Shown in pieces: positions 50,386 to 62,550 of a stretch of DNA of 64,000 bases. Both the position numbers and the translations under genes were made by a program. The first letter of the stretch is position 1. Each line of letters starts with the position of its first letter. A model generated the notes under the pieces. It worked only from the letters and a program-made list of their open reading frames with translations. It had not been told where the DNA came from and made no database searches. The stretch is from the NCBI GenBank assembly GCA_036172245.1, contig JAYWIR010000049.1:558001-622000 (forward strand), read 5' to 3'. This stretch comes from Raillietiella orientalis (taxonomy: Eukaryota).

Positions 50386-53300
50386 GCGGGTCCTTGTCCG
50401 GAGAGAAGGAGGAATAGAAGTTCCTTCCTGCTCTCTCCTTCTCCTCTTCTGTTCCTCTTCCCCCTTCTCCTCTTTCCTTTCTTCCCTCCCTCCTCCTTCT
50501 CCTCCTCGCCATCCCACGGATCTCTGGACGTGGACATCACCTCCCGCCTTGGATCAGTTTCTCAAAGTGACCCGTTGCATCGTCAGAAGCTGAGCTCCCA
50601 TTCGGACTTCACCTCTGAATATCAGGACACACACGGCGACAGGAAGTGCCCGCCTCGCTCGGAGGAGCTAGCTCGAGCTCAGCCCGATAGCAGCAACGTC
50701 ACAGAGTTGGAAAGATGCGGAGGGCAGGCGATGTTGTCGAAATGGGATGGCACCGCTCCGGATGGGAGATCGCGTTGGGCACAACGCAGCGGTGGCAGAG
50801 ACGGGAGCTCCGGCTCGCAGCTCTGCCTTGCTCCCAGCTGGAAAAAACAAACAAGAAACAGATGAGGCAGGTAACTCGACTCTCGTCTTGTTGAGCACTC
50901 AGCCGGTGGAAATAGTAGTGCTGGTCCCGACACGGATCCACGCTTTTCGATTCATGCGCTGGGCTTTCTTGAGTTCGCCGAGGCAGCCAGCTGGGAATCG
51001 ACCGGAAATCGCCGACCTAAAACACAGGAGAAACAAACGAGGGAGCTGGACCACGGACGGATCCTTCCGGTGACATTTGTGCATCGAGAACGCGGCATGC
51101 GGGTCCTGGCAGCACTTCCTCAGAGACGCATACTGTCCGAAAGGCGCGGCACCTCACGTCCGAACGACGTGACCCGTTCAGCTTCCTAAGAGCTTCCCGC
51201 TTCGTCATCGCGATTCATACAGGCAGGGGAATCGGAAAGTACCATTCTCACGAGTAGAGCCAGCCCGGGGAACAGCCAGCATCCGCAGCCCCCCCGAATC
51301 CGTACCGTAAAGTGGACTGCGGACTGATTCCCGACGGGATTTGTATTCAGGGAAGTTGAAGAAGCGCTGCGAACGTTGCTGTGCTGCGTCAGCGCAGCGG
51401 GAAGAAATCTGATCTTTCTGCTTTGCTTCCCTGCGTTATTGGAAGCAGTACTGGAAACTACTCCTGAATTCGAAGTAGGCCACCCTTCATCAAGGTCACC
51501 GTTGCTCGCTCAGTTCCAGTCCGTCCCGACAAAAAAGCTGTCTGCAAAGGATTAAAACTTATGACGAACCGTAGAGCCTGCGCCAGGGATCTTCACGGAT
51601 GGCTTTCTGCGATTCTGTTCGAACCTTTCAAGGATACCCAATTTTCACATCGCAAGGCTGCTCCAAAGTCGTCTCCACGCTGACCGCCGTGGGCATAATG
51701 CATCGCCTGTCAAAGCAGCAGTGGCACGAATGAATCCAGGCCTGCTTTTGCAGTAGAAGCTCACTTACTTTACGTTCGTTTTTTCAATTCATTCTCACGT
51801 GCACCCATCATGTCAGGAGACGCTTCTCTTTGTTTGCTGATGCGATGTTACACGTCTCAGGCAGCAGGATGAAGTGAAACGGTTCCCAGAAAACTAATTT
51901 TATCGATGTGCTGATTCAAGTCCGCAAATTTTGCATTTTAATATGTGAACGGACCGAGCGAAGAGCCTGGAGAAAGAAGATTATGCCACAGACACTTCGA
52001 AGGTAGTGGGCAAGACAATCTGTAATGGCACTATAAGGCCCCACGAGGAAAAAAAATAAAAACAGATGTGGGGACCAGTGCATTTGAGAAATCTCATACC
52101 ACACAATGAGGTGAAGGTCCACGGGGTTCCATGCTGCACGAAATTCGCGTTTTATGAACATCAGCTTCAGCAAGAGTATGCATCAGTAAGTCCCACGCCC
52201 CCTTTTTGCATGTGGATGCACTCGTCCGACCTTCCTCGGAAGCCAAGTCTCGAGGAACACTGACCCTTATAAATTACCGTCGTGAAGTTTCAAGTGGAGT
52301 AAAAACAACAGCAAAAAAAAATGCAACCCGCATCCGGAAAAGGAGCTCGAACGCTTGCTCCACACGCCCGCAGCCCATTTGAATAAGCGAAGTAAGCGAT
52401 TTGAGGAGTGTTTTTGGTTCCATGGCCACAAACATGTGTGAAACGTGTGACTATTGTGTAACTTTTTCTTTCTTTCATGAAAATGGGGCTTGAAACTTGG
52501 ATATGCGAGATTTGGACAAAAGTTTACGCTGCAGGCAACCATCGAAGAACTGACAGTCGGTAAGTCACAGGCGTGCTGCCTCGAGGAAACAAAAAGTCAA
52601 AGATCTATGGAGAGTTCAGATGAGAAAACCAGAAATAGAATCCAAACTTGGGGGATACTCTGGATATGCAGGATAATGCTGTAGATGAAGAGAATTAGGA
52701 GAAGAAGGCCGAATATGAAAGCATTGCTTGCCGAGCACTGAGAGGAGCAGAGAACTGACAAGGATAAAGAGGCGCACCTGCCACTGCAATCCATAATATG
52801 GCATAAGCCTGGGCATTTCCTACGGCGTCTAAACCCTGCTTTACCAGCAGTCTCGAATTCATGGGTAAAGAAAGTCTCACAGAAAGGGCTTTCATGCTAA
52901 TAACTTCAACACTATTGTCTTCATCAAGCCTCATAAGGTCGAAATCAAGCCATTCCAAATGCTCTTGCATGTTTCAAATGGCAAGAAAATCAATTCCCTG
53001 CAGTATTTTCAATTTGCATCAAGGTCAGGACCAAAAGACCAAGGATCATCTTTTCCATGCTGGGTGGATTAAGGAGGCACTACAACTCACATTTAGATAA
53101 GATACTGTTCTTCTATGATGAACTGGAACTCGACTGCAAAACTAATGGAGGTACAGCCCTAAATTTAGGATTCAGAAGTATGAGATAAATTTCCCCGGAA
53201 CTTCCTAATACTTTTGGGGTCTATGCTTTTCCCAACAGAAAAGACAAACTGTCAAGTTGCCCGTGAGGAGCACCAGACTACACGGCACAGATGTTGCAAC

Positions 53301-56300
53301 CAATGCTGTCACGACACCAATGCAGATAGCAAGATCACCAAACTTTCCTGATGATCCCAAAGCTCTTCTTCATTGCCAGGTATTGCCGACCAACGTCGGC
53401 CACAAGTGAACATGACTTTTTTTTTTTTTTTTTGGCAATGGCTCTCGAAAACTTTAGGCAGTGAGGGGTGTGTTTGTATTCTCGCTAGTGACCCTGATGA
53501 CAGATAAGGATGAATATCTGGAAGCTTGTTACAGTGTAATCTAGCACTCAGAATGGGTAGGATTTTCGGTACAAGAAAGCTGGAATGAACACAGACAAGC
53601 ACCTGTTGGAATGGGCAGGTTTTCTGGAAACGACCAAAGCACCATCTTTGTCAGTCTGCCGAGAGTAACCAAATGAGAATGACCTAAACTCTACTGGTTT
53701 CCCGCTATACTCCTCTTCTTTAGCGGGATTTTCATCACATGTTACGTGGAACAAATCTAAACTCTGTACCTCCCCATATCGACTGAAGAAACCTGCACCA
53801 AAGCACGATACCTGTAAATCAAAATTAAAGCTTTCAAACTCCAAAGTCAAACTCTAAATGGTGTGTTCCCTGGCGAGAATCGCCTGAGGGAGTGTTGCCG
53901 AAAACTCTGAGGGGAACTTTTTGAGGTTTGATAGACCCAAACGCCTATGCAGAATTCTGCCTTTTGGATTCATTTGGATGCAACTCCCAAACCAACCTCC
54001 GCCAATCGGCGGTTGCTGACATCCACTAGAAAAATGCTTGCCACTAGAAAAAGCAAAACATTCTGCAGCCGTTTCCCCGGGACAGTTTAAACGCTCGTTT
54101 TTTCCCGTTGCGAAATTCTTCGGAGTAGGGACTTTGTTTCATACTTTTCAACCACTTCCTTGGTGGCAACATCCAGAATACGGTGCATCTCTTCAGACGA
54201 ACCACCTGCCTCCGGACTTTCGGGCTCGCACCACGTCCAAAAGTGGTATGGAGCACGCGCGTGCAGTTACCACTTAGAAGGCCCACCCGCGGCCACGCAT
54301 TTCCGGCACTCCTTCACGGACTTGGGATCCATTTGTATTTTCCATAGGATCACGAAGATTCTTCACCTTTTGACGAATCCGTGGGGGAAGAGACTTTTCT
54401 TCATCGTGTCGGCTTTCTTGCTCGATGTTTCGCGCAGCTTGCAGCTGCTCTGGAAATACTGCTGCTGCGTGCGACCAAGCAGAATGGCGGAAGGGATGTG
54501 CACGCCTCCCTCATGAAGACTTCCGGACGCATACGTCAATTGCTCCCTGTCAGGTTCGGAAGAAAAAGGCAAACAGAATAGACACAGGTGACCACTTGAA
54601 CAACTCGCGCTCACGAGTCCTTCAGATTCTCGTTGCTGATTCGGATCTCGCCATTTCACGACCTCCTTAGGAACGTACCAGCGAGCGACTTCCGCCTTCA
54701 TCGGAAGGAATCATCCTTTACAAGGCACGAAGAAAAACTTAAACTATTGAAAATTAATGCGGACACACACAGATGGAGCAAGAGCAATTAACCTTCATGG
54801 TCATCTCCTAATGTTTTGAGGTACTCTGGTTCCCCGTGAAAGTGTCAAGTTGCTCGTAATGGCGTCCTCAATAAAATTCCAGTTTTAGAGAGATGAATGC
54901 CGCTCTGTCTCAATAACAAAACGCAGCTGAAGCAGCGTTCATTTGAAGAAAAAAAAAAAAAGCCTTCAAGTATATCAGGCTTAGATTCCATCCACGAATC
55001 CATGGAGACAATCTTATCCACTTCATCGGGAAAGATTGACTGTCATTTCTTCTGATCCCTCAGCTCGCAGCTTCGTCCTTGTGATGTTTCTCGTATTTCT
55101 TCCTGTTGGAACATCCGGGATTCGTTTGGCGCTCTCGATCGCTAAATTATGGTCAGTGCAAAAAAAAAGCAGTTACATAAGCCTCCTGCTTTCCATCTTC
55201 CATGAAAAGAGAAGACGAGCTGTCACGAATTTGGCACTCCAGTGGACTGACCAGCTAACCGCTGATCCGCAAGCGAGCCGCCATGGTTTGCTGGCATTCT
55301 TTCCCGGGGGATCGGAAAATGAAGTCTCATTTGTGCTTTTCGAAGGGGAGCACAACGGCCCACATCATCTTGTTGCATCCGAGTATTTGCGCCATGGCTT
55401 GATGCAGACGCGTCCTTGCCCTGTTCTGTCCGTTAGACCGTAATAACAGTGTCAGTAATACGTCCTCTGTGTACTGCCACCCAAATAAGTGTCGATCACA
55501 AGCCTTGCGGATCGGTCTTTTGTATTTTCTCAAGGAAAAGGCCTTGGCTGTATCCGCTTTGCCGAATCAAAAATCCTTTCGGCGAGGAGTTCAGGAACAA
55601 AAAAGAAAGAATTTCTTTCTCTGATCACCTGAGGACCACTGTGGCACGTTGCAACCACCTTGACAAGCACGAGTAAGTGTTTTTGAGATCTCACTGAAGC
55701 TGTAAATAGAAGACAGATCGGTTCTGACATGGAAATTATTCTTTCAAGCTGCTCATCCATCCGACTGAGTGAGGAAAAAGTTTCCCTGTCATACGAAGAC
55801 GGACATTTTCAGACATTTTCAATGCCATGCCGTGTGACACTCTTCAAGCAGGCATCTTCCGAAACTCACTCCTTCAGCGGAAGGAAAAGAAAAGGACTTG
55901 GAATTCTCACGGTTACTCCCCTCACGAAATGAAATCTTTGGTTCCTTCGCTGCCTCAGTTATGCGCTCCAGCAGTCCGCGGAGCATCCATTGAGCTAAGA
56001 CTACTTGTAGGAATCGAGAGCCCCATTTGTTCTTACAGCATTTGAAACAGGGCATCCCAGATCGAACGATCCCAGAGCAGCGTATATGGAATTTTTCTTT
56101 TTTAAAAAAAAAAAAATACTTATTACTTGTCGGACAGTGCCTTAGTGGATGGGCAGCTTTCTGTCTCATGCAGTACAGAAAGCACCTCCCGTGCTCCAGT
56201 GACAGTCAGGGAGCAGCACAGTTCCTTCGGGAAGAGCGTTGGCCAGTTTGGGGAACCTTGGACTTCATGCCGGCAAGCCGAGAGGCACCCGAAGAGGAAA

Positions 56301-56599
56301 GCGTTTTGCGTTGCTACGTTACCCATGAAGGGAATTCAGCGGAGGGGAGATTTGCTGTTTGAGGCTGCTCATCAAAGTGCAGCTGCATGGTGCCGGCGCT
56401 GCAGTTTGCTGCCAGGATGTCCTGCTGGTCAGCCAACCCATACGGAACGAGAGGGTTCGAAAACGGTAGACGCACGCTCATTCCGGAGGTCCTTCAGGTA
56501 GAAACAAAGCTTCCGTGTAGTGGAAACTGGCACACTTCTTGCCTTCGACCAAATGACCCCGGCTCCCGAATAGGACTTGTCTATTTATGCAATCCCCCT

Positions 56600-59237
56600 C
56601 TCTATCAAACGCAGGTTTCAAAATCCTTTTGGATCCTTTTCTGTTTTCACTCTCTTCCTTCTAGTTTTTCTTTTTTTTTTTCGAATTTTTTTTGGGGCGG
56701 GATGGGGGGGGGGGCTCTAGGAGTGCCGAAGAACCGTCCGCCTCCTTACGAGGAGCTCACAAAGTTTTTATCCCAAGGGTGTGTGTATAACTCTTCAGGT
56801 TAAAAAGAGTGAACTCCTATGAATCCAGGAAGGCCCTTGAAGAAGGAGTCCGTTCCTCTTGAGCTTGGTAGGGGAACTCCGAAGGGAATCCTCCCTGGTT
56901 GTCTCCGGAGGGACCCCCGGAAGGGAGCAGTGCTCTTCTGCACACTCTGGAGAGGAAGTATCAACCAGCTCCATGGAATACAATGGTGGCCCTCCCCCTT
57001 GAGGGGAGATGCGGCTTTATTTTCACAGCCGGAGATCGCATCTCGAGGAGCTCCTTGGTTCCTGGAAAGACCCCTGGAGGGTCGACTACCGATCCGGGGC
57101 TGTCAACGGAGATATCGGGTTTCCCACTTCCGCCAGTGCCGCACTCGAATGTAGTCCAACCAGCGTCATCTTGTGGGAGGAACTCGAACTAATGACGCAC
57201 CCATTTCTCTGCGTCGATGCTTCTCCCGGTGGAGTTCCAACCAGCGACGCTTCCGGCAGAGAGACAGACTGAGCCCCTTGCTCTTCAGCATCTACTTCGA
57301 GTTAGTGCTGAGAGCATATAGGGAGACTCTGGTAACCCTGCCGAGCTCGTGTCCCGGCACGCCTGCCGTGCGGCCTATGTCGCACTGTCGGCCTATGCAG
57401 GCAGTCTTCTGCTGCTGCTCCCCGGGTCCACCCCGCCTTCTGCTCTCTAGGGTTTCTTCGAGTTGCTACGCCGCAGGACGAGCCTGGAGGTGAACAGAGC
57501 GAAGTCGTCCATCGTTCATGTCGGCTCGGCGTGGGCTGGGCGGCCGGACTGGATCCGCTTGGGGATCCCCACGGGCAAGTGCTTCAAGGACCTTGGGTCC
57601 CGTTGGGGGACTTCTGCGCAGCAGAAGCTTAGTCTGGCCGTCTCCAAAGGGCATCGTTGGCGATCGTCCCGTTCCACGAAGGCAAGTTTTACTTGCAGGA
57701 ACGGGCCGCGGAGTGGAACGCGTTTGCGGATCCCCTCCTCCGCCCCTTGCTTTTTGTTTGCACCGCCACTCACATCATACGAAAGCGAGCAGCGGGCCTC
57801 CTAAGGACAGCCCTGTGGGGCACAAGGAGGCCCCGCGTGCGATTGAAAGACTTGTGCGCTTTACTCAGGGACGGTGGACTTGGCCTCCTCACTTTGGAGC
57901 GTATGGAGCTTCAGCTCCGATTCTGGACTCTCGCCCTTGCGGCCGAACTTTGGGATACGCCTTGGTGCGTCCCAGCACGCCTCTTGGCCCAATGAGCCAC
58001 AGAATTCGGCGAACATTCTGTTTCTGTCGACGCGCAACCTCAGGCGAACGCACTGCGGCCCTCAGCTGCGTCGCATGGCCGTTGTGGTTCGGGAGAACAC
58101 CTGGATCTCCTGCCTCCCCCAGAACTGCTCTGCATGGCTGCGGGAGTCAGTTTCTACTTGGGAAAAGATCCACGTCCCGAGCGGTACAAAAGGCACTCTC
58201 ACTGGACGCCGCAGGAGATCTTGCAATCCCCAGGCAAGCTGCCGTGGGCCTTGATTACCCCCCTTGCCCCTGTGCTGGTGAACGCTAGGGACAGTGACGA
58301 ACTGGGACAGTGGAAAGTGTCCTGTGTGATTGGAGTCAGGAACAAACCGATAAAGGCGTGAACATCTCGACAGTTAGAGGACGCTGCTACTCCGACCGTC
58401 CCTCCCAATGGACTTACGCTGGGGCGAGCTACTCTCATTACCTCCGGAGAAGGTGAAGTGGCCCACAGCGTGTTGGAAGTGTGGCTCCCTCCCCGTGAAG
58501 TGGCAAGAGGTGGCGTTGCTGGTGATGCATTGGGGACTCCAGTGCAAAACACACCTCACTCACTGGACTCGTGGAAGTGTGGATGCCCTGTATGACCGGT
58601 GCGGGGAGAAAGAGACTTTCCCGCACTTTCTCGTGGAATGCATCGCCCTCCGTCCCCTTTGGAGTCGTCTCGGGACGATCCTGAACATTGGAGGCGGCCC
58701 CAGAGACATTTTCAGGCGCCTCTTCTCGCTTGCCGCCCTGCCTCCGGTCGTGTCTGCAGCAGTGCTTTGCTGCATTCGTGGAATCGTGGTGGATGGAACG
58801 CCTCCAGAAGAGGTCGGAATGGAAGAGATGCCATCCATTGGACGCGCATCTTTGTTAGGACCGTGTCCCGGTGGCCCCACCTGGGCGCAGAAAGGACGCA
58901 GCTTGTTAGGATCCTGAGCAAGATCTAGAGGACCGATCCGCGCTCACCGTGATCCCTTCCCCTCCCTCCCCTCCCCTATAGATTTCTCCCCTCCCCACGT
59001 CTGACTTTTTGTTTCTTTTTTGTTTAATTTATTCCTACCCCCGCACGTTGGATGGATCTCGCTGGTCGCTACATTGGCAACCAGCAAGTTGTTGTAACGT
59101 GGTGAGCCCTTGAGTTCACCACGAGAAAATGTGTCTGTATTTTTATTTTTATAAATAAATGCCCCGGCATATCCGGGTGAAAACGACGCGTGCTGCCGCG
59201 TGCGGAGGCAGCAGCCGCACGGCCTCCATCTCGGGCC
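56600..59237 (-). mobile_element. Longest repeat family B copy, split in its head by a LINE (57251-59183)
   Basis: Head at 59237-59184; body at 57250-56700; A-rich tract (T-run on +) at ~56665-56693; 6-bp duplication cgacgc. Confidence 0.7.
57251..59183 (+). mobile_element. 5'-truncated Tx1-clade LINE
   Basis: RQRDRLSPLLFSIYFE, ERAAEWN, RDGGLGL and CGEKETFPHFLVEC; ends ataaatgccccggcatatccgggtgaaaa. Confidence 0.9.
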
Positions 59238-59249
59238 AAGTGCAACCTC

Positions 59250-60960
59250 ATGTAGGTGCATGATTCTTAGCACAACAGCCCTCAGCAGCGAACTCGTTTG
59301 AAGTGGCCGAAGATGCGAGTTTGCGCGTAAATAAATAAGGAAACGCTGATACATGGTCAGCCAACAGAAGCGCTGGTTCCTAAAAAGTATATCTAGGGAG
59401 AACTGCCAGATTGCAGCCATTGTCCGTACGCAAGAGGCGCAAGTCACTGGAATTCATCTTCACTTGCCGTTCGTTTCTTCCGAGGCAGTTCCGTTATTCC
59501 CTCCGAGTTTTGGAGGCTCCGCCAGTTGTTCCTTTGGTCAGCTTGGACATTTCTGCGGACTGATGCTGCGAGTGGGCACTTTCAGCAAGCCCAGTCGGTT
59601 TTCTTATTTTGCGCGATGCCAGATGATGCGATTGTCCGCTCTGGAGAGCTCCATCCGGAAATTTTTTTCCTGATGAGCTGAAAGAGACGGTGGTGCCTGC
59701 GGTTCAGTGTACAGCGTGACGGGAGATCCACCAGTGACGTCCTCGCCTCACCCAGGGACGTCTGCTTCCTTTCCACCGCTTATGCCGAGCGTTCAGCTCT
59801 TAGCCAGCTGCAGCGATAGCGAGCGGTCTGATGTCATCCATCGACTGCCATGTACGGTTACACGGCCATTCTTCCGCTGGCGCTCTGAAGTTCCCCGTAG
59901 ATCGCAGGCTACCAACCGCGGCCGGAGCTCGCCCTTGCCCTTCCGTGCGGTCCGTACGACAGGATGAGCGCAGCGTGCCGCTGTTTCCGTGCAAAGGGTG
60001 ACCGTGGCGTTCGCCCAGCTTTCGGTTCGGCCCGTCACCGTGTGCCTGCGGAGCGACGTGCGCTGCTGGGGGACGCTGTGGCTGCGTCCCGAGCAGGGAA
60101 GAATTATGCGTTACAATAGGAAAGAACCGCTCCCACGGTCGGCACGACGCGAAGCGACGGAGCTGTCGCAAAGGGTTGTGGCTCTACTGGAGGACGGGCT
60201 GCGACGAGAGGGAGGGAAAAAGTCACCACCGGACGTGTCGCCAAGGTCCCTCACTCCTCCTGACTGTGTTTTCTTTTTTCTCCCAAAAAGCCAGTAGCGA
60301 TCTTACGGAGAGACCGTTGCTATTGGCGTACAATGATTATCAAATGGTTGTGCCGGGGCATTTATTTCACAGAATAATGAAATTACATTTTTGTGATGGA
60401 ACCCTGGGTTCTACGTGCAAGCAGTCTGCCCGAAGAGCGGTACACAGACCGGCAAGGTCCGCTTGGACAGCGTGGGGGAAGGGGGAAACAATAACAACAA
60501 AATAAACAAACAAAACAGGGATAGAGGAAGGGATCCCAGTACGCTGCCAAGCGTCCTCTGTGTCCATTCTTGGTGGACTCCGTCGTCATCTGAGAGCTCT
60601 GGTGCCCAAACCGAACTCGCCGCAGCCCCGGATGGAGGCACTTCATTCCCGTGTTGCATGGACACCGAAAGACGACCGCCGAGCGTGGCGTGAGGACCAG
60701 CCAGTGTCCATGAGGAGTGACCCTCGGAGTGACCGCTTGGATAGGCAGCATCAGGAGGCAGCATTGACGGCAGCATCAGGAGATGCGAGGAGCTGGAACC
60801 AACACAACACCATGATGAAGGCATCAGCTTCATTGGACAGCCGTCTCCGCTTCGGACGTCCCGTTCTTCCATCCCCGAGTAGGAGTTGGTCGGCAGCTCT
60901 TGCAAGCAGGCGGTACAGCGCTGTCTTCGCCATTCTTCCGAAGGCAAACAACTGGGTGCA
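59250..60960 (-). mobile_element. Degenerate Harbinger-like transposase, interrupted by a LINE 3' fragment at ~60340-60570
   Basis: Colinear broken motifs RMAKTALYRL..GRP..LSNE..IMVLCW, VACDLRG, LAESAH (GDSAY-like) and a C-terminal VLHN-like region. Confidence 0.45.
60340..60570 (-). mobile_element. Tx1-clade LINE 3' UTR fragment
   Basis: aataaatgccccggcac terminus and the conserved 3' UTR GC block. Confidence 0.7.
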
Positions 60961-61244
60961 ACGCCAAAGAATTCAACATTTCTTTCTTCTCGTTGCCGCC
61001 GCCCTTCCGAAGGGGAGAAACGGTGCGAGGGTTGCCGCAGGCGACGATTCTGCTTCGTGGCGCTTCCTCGGCCTGCGGAGCATCCGCCCAGCTGCCCGCT
61101 GCGCTCAGCGAGGGCGTCGCTCGCAACGGGTGGTCGTTCGGTCGATGACGGTGCACTTGGAAGGAAGTCGGGTGGGTCGGCAGTGTTCGGTTCCTTCTTG
61201 CTGCCCTGGTTTGGCACCGACCGTTGCCTTGGCCCTGCCACGTC

Positions 61245-62550
61245 ACAAACATACAAAAAGGAACTTGCTGACAACCGGCGCGCAGGCCGGCGAGGTTCGT
61301 CTCGGCAGCAGAGGGGAAGGAGGGCAAACAAAAAGGAAAATAAAAAAAAAGCATAAATATGTAAAAAAAAAAAAATTGGGAGGGTTTCAGGAAGGGATCG
61401 CTGTGTGCTGGAGGGTATCCTCTGCATCCTTGCAAGGATTCCAGCAAGTTCCTACTCCACCATTCCCAGATGGGCCATTTTGACGCTATCCTCATGAAGA
61501 GGACAGCAAAATAGATGGAGTCCCTGTCGTTCTGGCTTCCACTGACGTTCCTGCTCCAGGCAGCCACGATCCCGCGTAGGCAGCAAAGTGCTGCTAGGGA
61601 TGCGGCTGGCGTGAGGGCGTCGCGCAGGAAGAGGTGCTTTGCAACATCTCTGGAGTTGCCGCTAGGGGTTCCAAGGGTCGCGGCAAAGCATCCCCAAAGA
61701 AATCGGAGGGCAACACAGTCCACTAGGAGGTGCGGGAGGGATTCGCGCTTCCCGCACCTGGCGCAGTCCGGATCCATCTTCCCCTCCTGGTCCAGTGATT
61801 CCTGAGGGCAAGGAAATCCCCAGTGCACCAGCATCAACGCCGACTCCTGCCAGTTTAATAGGAAGGTGTGTCTGTCCAGCAGCACTGGAATCCGCTGCAA
61901 ATCTTTTTCCGGAACAGCTCTTCTCAGCAAAGAAGTCCTCAGGATGGAGCACTCGGAATCGCAGCGTTCGTAAGCTGACCCGTCGTCCACTCACGCAGTC
62001 CTCTTCTCCTGTCGGAGATTTCCCATCCCAGGAAACCTTCCATCTAACCACAAGGCTGCTGCCCATGTATTCCCTCAGGGAGGCAGTGCTGCGGCAAGGG
62101 AGATTCTTCCTGCCTACGCATCCTTCTCGGGATGTTCAAGGATCTCCAGGAGCGAGCAGTTGTTATGGAAACAGTACAGCGTCTGCTGTGCTTGTTCTGG
62201 GCATCGCTCTTGCTTCATCGTCCACATGCGGACGGTTTCCTGTAGCCAGGCACTACCGTTTTCTCGGGGCGGAAGATCTAGCTGTTGGTTCTCGTCAGGG
62301 TTGCCTCTAGCCGGTGCCGCAGTCTGCAGTAGGATAGGCTGCATAGACGGCGTGTAAGGAAGGGCGCGAGTCCCATGCTGTCGATGGCCTGCTGGGAGCG
62401 GCGGTTCGCACCAGGTGGTACTCCAGAGTTTTGCCACGAGGGCGAGGATCCGAAATTGAAGCTGCTGCAGCTCCCTTTGTTCCAGCATCAGGAGGCCGAG
62501 ACTGCCGTCCCGGAGCGAAGCACACAAGTCCTTGAGGCTGATGCGGGACC
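61245..62550 (-). mobile_element. Tx1-clade LINE C-terminal fragment
   Basis: LKDLCASLRDGSLGL and DPDCARCGKRESLPHLLVDC; close match to 34050-34560. Confidence 0.9.

Noticed and set aside
53548..53850. RRM/AKAP17A-like fragment (FSRYGEVQSLD)
   Set aside because: Flanking sequence does not extend the similarity.
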